Assembly: GCA_964252035.1 (NCBI GenBank)
Contig: OZ176207.1
Length of the DNA: 64,000 nt
Reading direction: 5' to 3' (one strand)
From: Podarcis erhardii
Lineage: Eukaryota
Under the pieces are notes generated by a model. That model saw only the letters and a program-made list of their open reading frames with translations. It was not told the DNA's origin and did no database searches. The translations under genes and the position numbers were made by a program. This document shows, piece after piece, positions 61,312 to 64,000 of this stretch. The number at the start of each line of letters is the position of its first letter. Positions within the stretch are counted from its first letter, which is position 1.

Positions 61312-63771
61312 CATGTTTGTATTATCCATCTCAGAATTAAAATGGTTTTCTCTGCTGCCTGTAGAAGGTGGAGCAGTTTTGTCATCACAGATAACATTGT
61401 CTGCAATCTGAACGTTAGGTGTCAGGAATGCAAACTCATTTTTCCTGGTCTCTGAGGATAGACAGAGCTGGTAGGTGTAGGGCAAAGTCCCTTCTTCAAA
61501 ATTCGGTGGGAATACGGTACCAGACTTTGAAAAAGGACTAGGACCAAAACACTGAAGGAACTGAGGACTGCTTGATGTGCGAAGCTTCGTAACAACTGCC
61601 AGAATCACCGTAAGGAGAAATAAGAATGAAATCACAGCTAAAGTCAATACTAAATAAAACTGTAGGTCAGATTGATTATGTGAATCAATACTTTCACTGC
61701 TCACTTCTGGGAGCGCTTCTTGGAAGTTCTCAGCAAACACCAGGTTGAGACTCACGGTAGCGGATAGTGGTGGCTGCCCATTATCCTTGACTAAGATGAT
61801 GAGCTTCTGCTTCACAGCATCTTTTTCCAGAAAAGCCCGTGAGGTCCTGATCTCTCCAGTGTGGGACCCAATTCTGAACAATGCTGGCTCTGTAGCCTGA
61901 AGCAGGTGGTAAGAGAGCCAGGCGTTATGTCCAGAATCAGCATCTACTGCCACTACCTTGGTCACCAGATAATCTTCTTCTGCTGAGCGAGGCACCATCT
62001 CAAACAAGGATGAACCCTTGACTTCCTGTGAAGGGTAGAGGATTTGAGGATTGTTATCATTCTGATCCACAATGAACACTTTCACTGTGGTGTTTCTGCT
62101 GAGTGGTGGGGAGCCACCATCTTGTGCTTTCACTTGGAACTGAAACTCCCTGGTTTGCTCATAGTCAAAGGAGCGTTGGGCATAGATCATGCCATTTTCT
62201 GAGTTAATGGAGATATAAGAGGACAGAGGCAGGTTCTCCATATTACTATTGAGCAGAGAATAAGTGATTTGCGAGTTGTACTCTAGATCTGCATCTGTAG
62301 CCTTTACACGGAAAATGGAAGTTCCAGCTGGATTGTTCTCTGACAAGTAGGTGACATAGGAAGACTTTTCAAAAGCTGGGGGGTTATCATTGATATCTGA
62401 AATCTGCAGGGAGATGGTTCTGTGGGTGGAAAGAGGTGGTGCACCTTTGTCTGTGGCTATAATTGTGATATTGTATTCTGGAGTGCTTTCTCTGTCCAAG
62501 GGGGCATCTGTAACCAACTTATAGAAGTTATTGGATGTAGCAATTATTCTAAATTGCCAATGACTTTGTAAATGACAAGTAATGTTCCCATTGTCTCCAG
62601 AATCTTTATCGTTTACATTGATAAGGGCTACCAGGGTTCCTATTGCAGAATCTTCAGGAATTGGGCTGGATAAAGAGGCAAGAATCACTTCTGGCGCATT
62701 GTCATTCTCATCTAATAGCTTTATTTCAACACTGCAATGAGTCACTAATCCACCTCCGTCTCTTGCTTCTACTGTCATTGCATATTTCTCTGCTTCTTCG
62801 TAGTCCAACAACTCCTTAACTGTAATTGTCCCATTCTGGGGATTTAGGAAGAATTTTTTGTGAGTGTTTTCAGGGATGTTGCTAAAACTATACGTGATAT
62901 GACCATTTGAGCCTTCATCTCTGTCTGTGGCTTTCACTTGTATTACTGAAGATCCTTTTGGGGTATTCTCTTTAAGACAGACCTTGTACACTTCTTGTGT
63001 GAAGATTGGTGAATTATCATTTACATCAATGACACTGATCCATATTTTGGCTGTACCAGTTTTGGCAGGCTTCCCTCCATCCAGAGCCATAAGAATTAAA
63101 TGGAAACTGCTTTCACTTTCTCGATCCAACTGTTTATTCAGTACTAATTCTGCATATTTCTTCCCATCTTCTCTCTCTCTAGCTTCTACTATGAAATACT
63201 GATTGGGCATAAGGTGGTAATTCTGGAGAGAATTTATGCCAACATCTGGATCTTCAGCAAACCCAAGCACAAATCGGGCTCCTGGCAAAGTGAATTCACT
63301 TGTCTCCAGTTTGATATTCTCATTTACAAAATGTGGTGCATTATCATTGATATCCTGGATCTGTACAGTAACATGAAAAATATTCATAGGATTTTCAACC
63401 ATCACTTCAAAACTAATGAGGCAATATGCATTGCTCCCACATATTCCTTCTCTGTCTATCCTGTCATTTACATATAGATTCCCATTTTCTGCACTGAGAG
63501 AGAAATATTGCTTTTTACCTAGAGAAAGGATATGCAGATTGCGATTTGCTATTTCTCCAGCATTCAGCTCCAAATCTTTGGCAAGATTTCCTACAATGGA
63601 GCCTTTTTCCATTTCCTCAGCGATAGAATACTGAACGTGCTCTGAGTCAGTCTGGCACAACAAGGACAATAACAAGAGGAGTGGTACTTGCCTTTTTACC
63701 GACCCATTTTTCTCTTTGTGCCTGTTGTCCATCTGATTTGGTGAGACAATTCCTTTATTCTTTTCTTGCAT
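61312..63771 (-). CDS. PCDHGB: Protocadherin gamma variable exon V11 (gammaB-like, divergent)
   Basis: 836-aa ORF 61261..63771; a second ATG at 63732 (MDNRHK) is positionally homologous to the other starts. GammaB motifs [10 protein letters not shown] and EEGTLPYTY. Phase-0 donor ATG|GTGAGT at 61312/61311. Confidence 0.93.
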
Positions 63772-63940
63772 ATTTTCATTAGATGGAGATTCTCAAATTC
63801 CCATCAAGACCCACAAATCCACAACAAGGAAGTATAAAAGCAGTCACTGTCCCTTTCTATATGTGGCAGTGGGTTTTATTTCCTTAGCAAAAGTGTTTTA
63901 ACGTCCCTGTGTTCTACTATCTCCCAGTTCTGCAGTCTGT

Positions 63941-63963
63941 GGCTGAACAATGGCACTGCAGGA
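63941..63963 (-). promoter_or_regulatory. Degenerate CSE candidate of the V11 promoter (core CATT)
   Basis: Minus strand TCCTGCAGTGCCATTGTTCAGCC at the expected distance (about 170-210 bp upstream of the ATGs). It is the best positional match in the window, but a better site could lie beyond 64000. Confidence 0.5.
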
Positions 63964-64000
63964 AGCATCGCTTAGCAGATTCCATGCAGATGCAGCACAT

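Noticed and set aside
1-64000. CRISPR arrays, rRNA, bona fide tRNA genes, Pcdh constant or C-type exons
   Set aside because: None seen. The tRNA-like A/B boxes belong to SINE heads, and the regular repeats are paralogous exons.

Overview
Vertebrate genomic DNA, almost certainly from a squamate reptile (Sauria SINEs, Bov-B, CR1; lacertid-like by my recall of the repeats). The window lies inside the variable region of the clustered protocadherin-gamma (Pcdhg) locus. It holds 11 large variable exons, all on the minus strand and numbered V1-V11 by ascending coordinate; V1 runs off the window edge. Nine are gammaB-like and two (V3, V10) are gammaA-like, and there is one 160-bp frameshifted gammaA relic. 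Each exon encodes a signal peptide, EC1-EC6, TM and a variable cytoplasmic part. V2-V11 end at a phase-0 GT donor, and each exon has a CSE (CGCT-box/CTCF) element about 180-275 bp upstream of its ATG. No constant exons or C-type exons are in the window. In transcription order the array is B(V11), A(V10), [B1-B2]x3 (V9/V8, V7/V6, V5/V4), A(V3), B1(V2), A-relic, B2(V1). The most notable observations: (i) domain-wise mosaicism among paralogues, including paired EC1+EC4 versus EC2+EC3 divergence in the B2 sisters and a chimeric V7; (ii) loss of the CGCT CpG in 8 of 11 CSEs; (iii) a perfect 25-bp hairpin whose left arm is missing from the paralogous spacer; (iv) a TSD-flanked Penelope-like fold-back with a broken hammerhead-like core; (v) a palindromic CTCF-like motif in an LTR-like insert; (vi) several TE insertions with empty paralogous sites. 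All alignments were done by eye, no database searches were run, and repeat-family names rest on recalled motifs.
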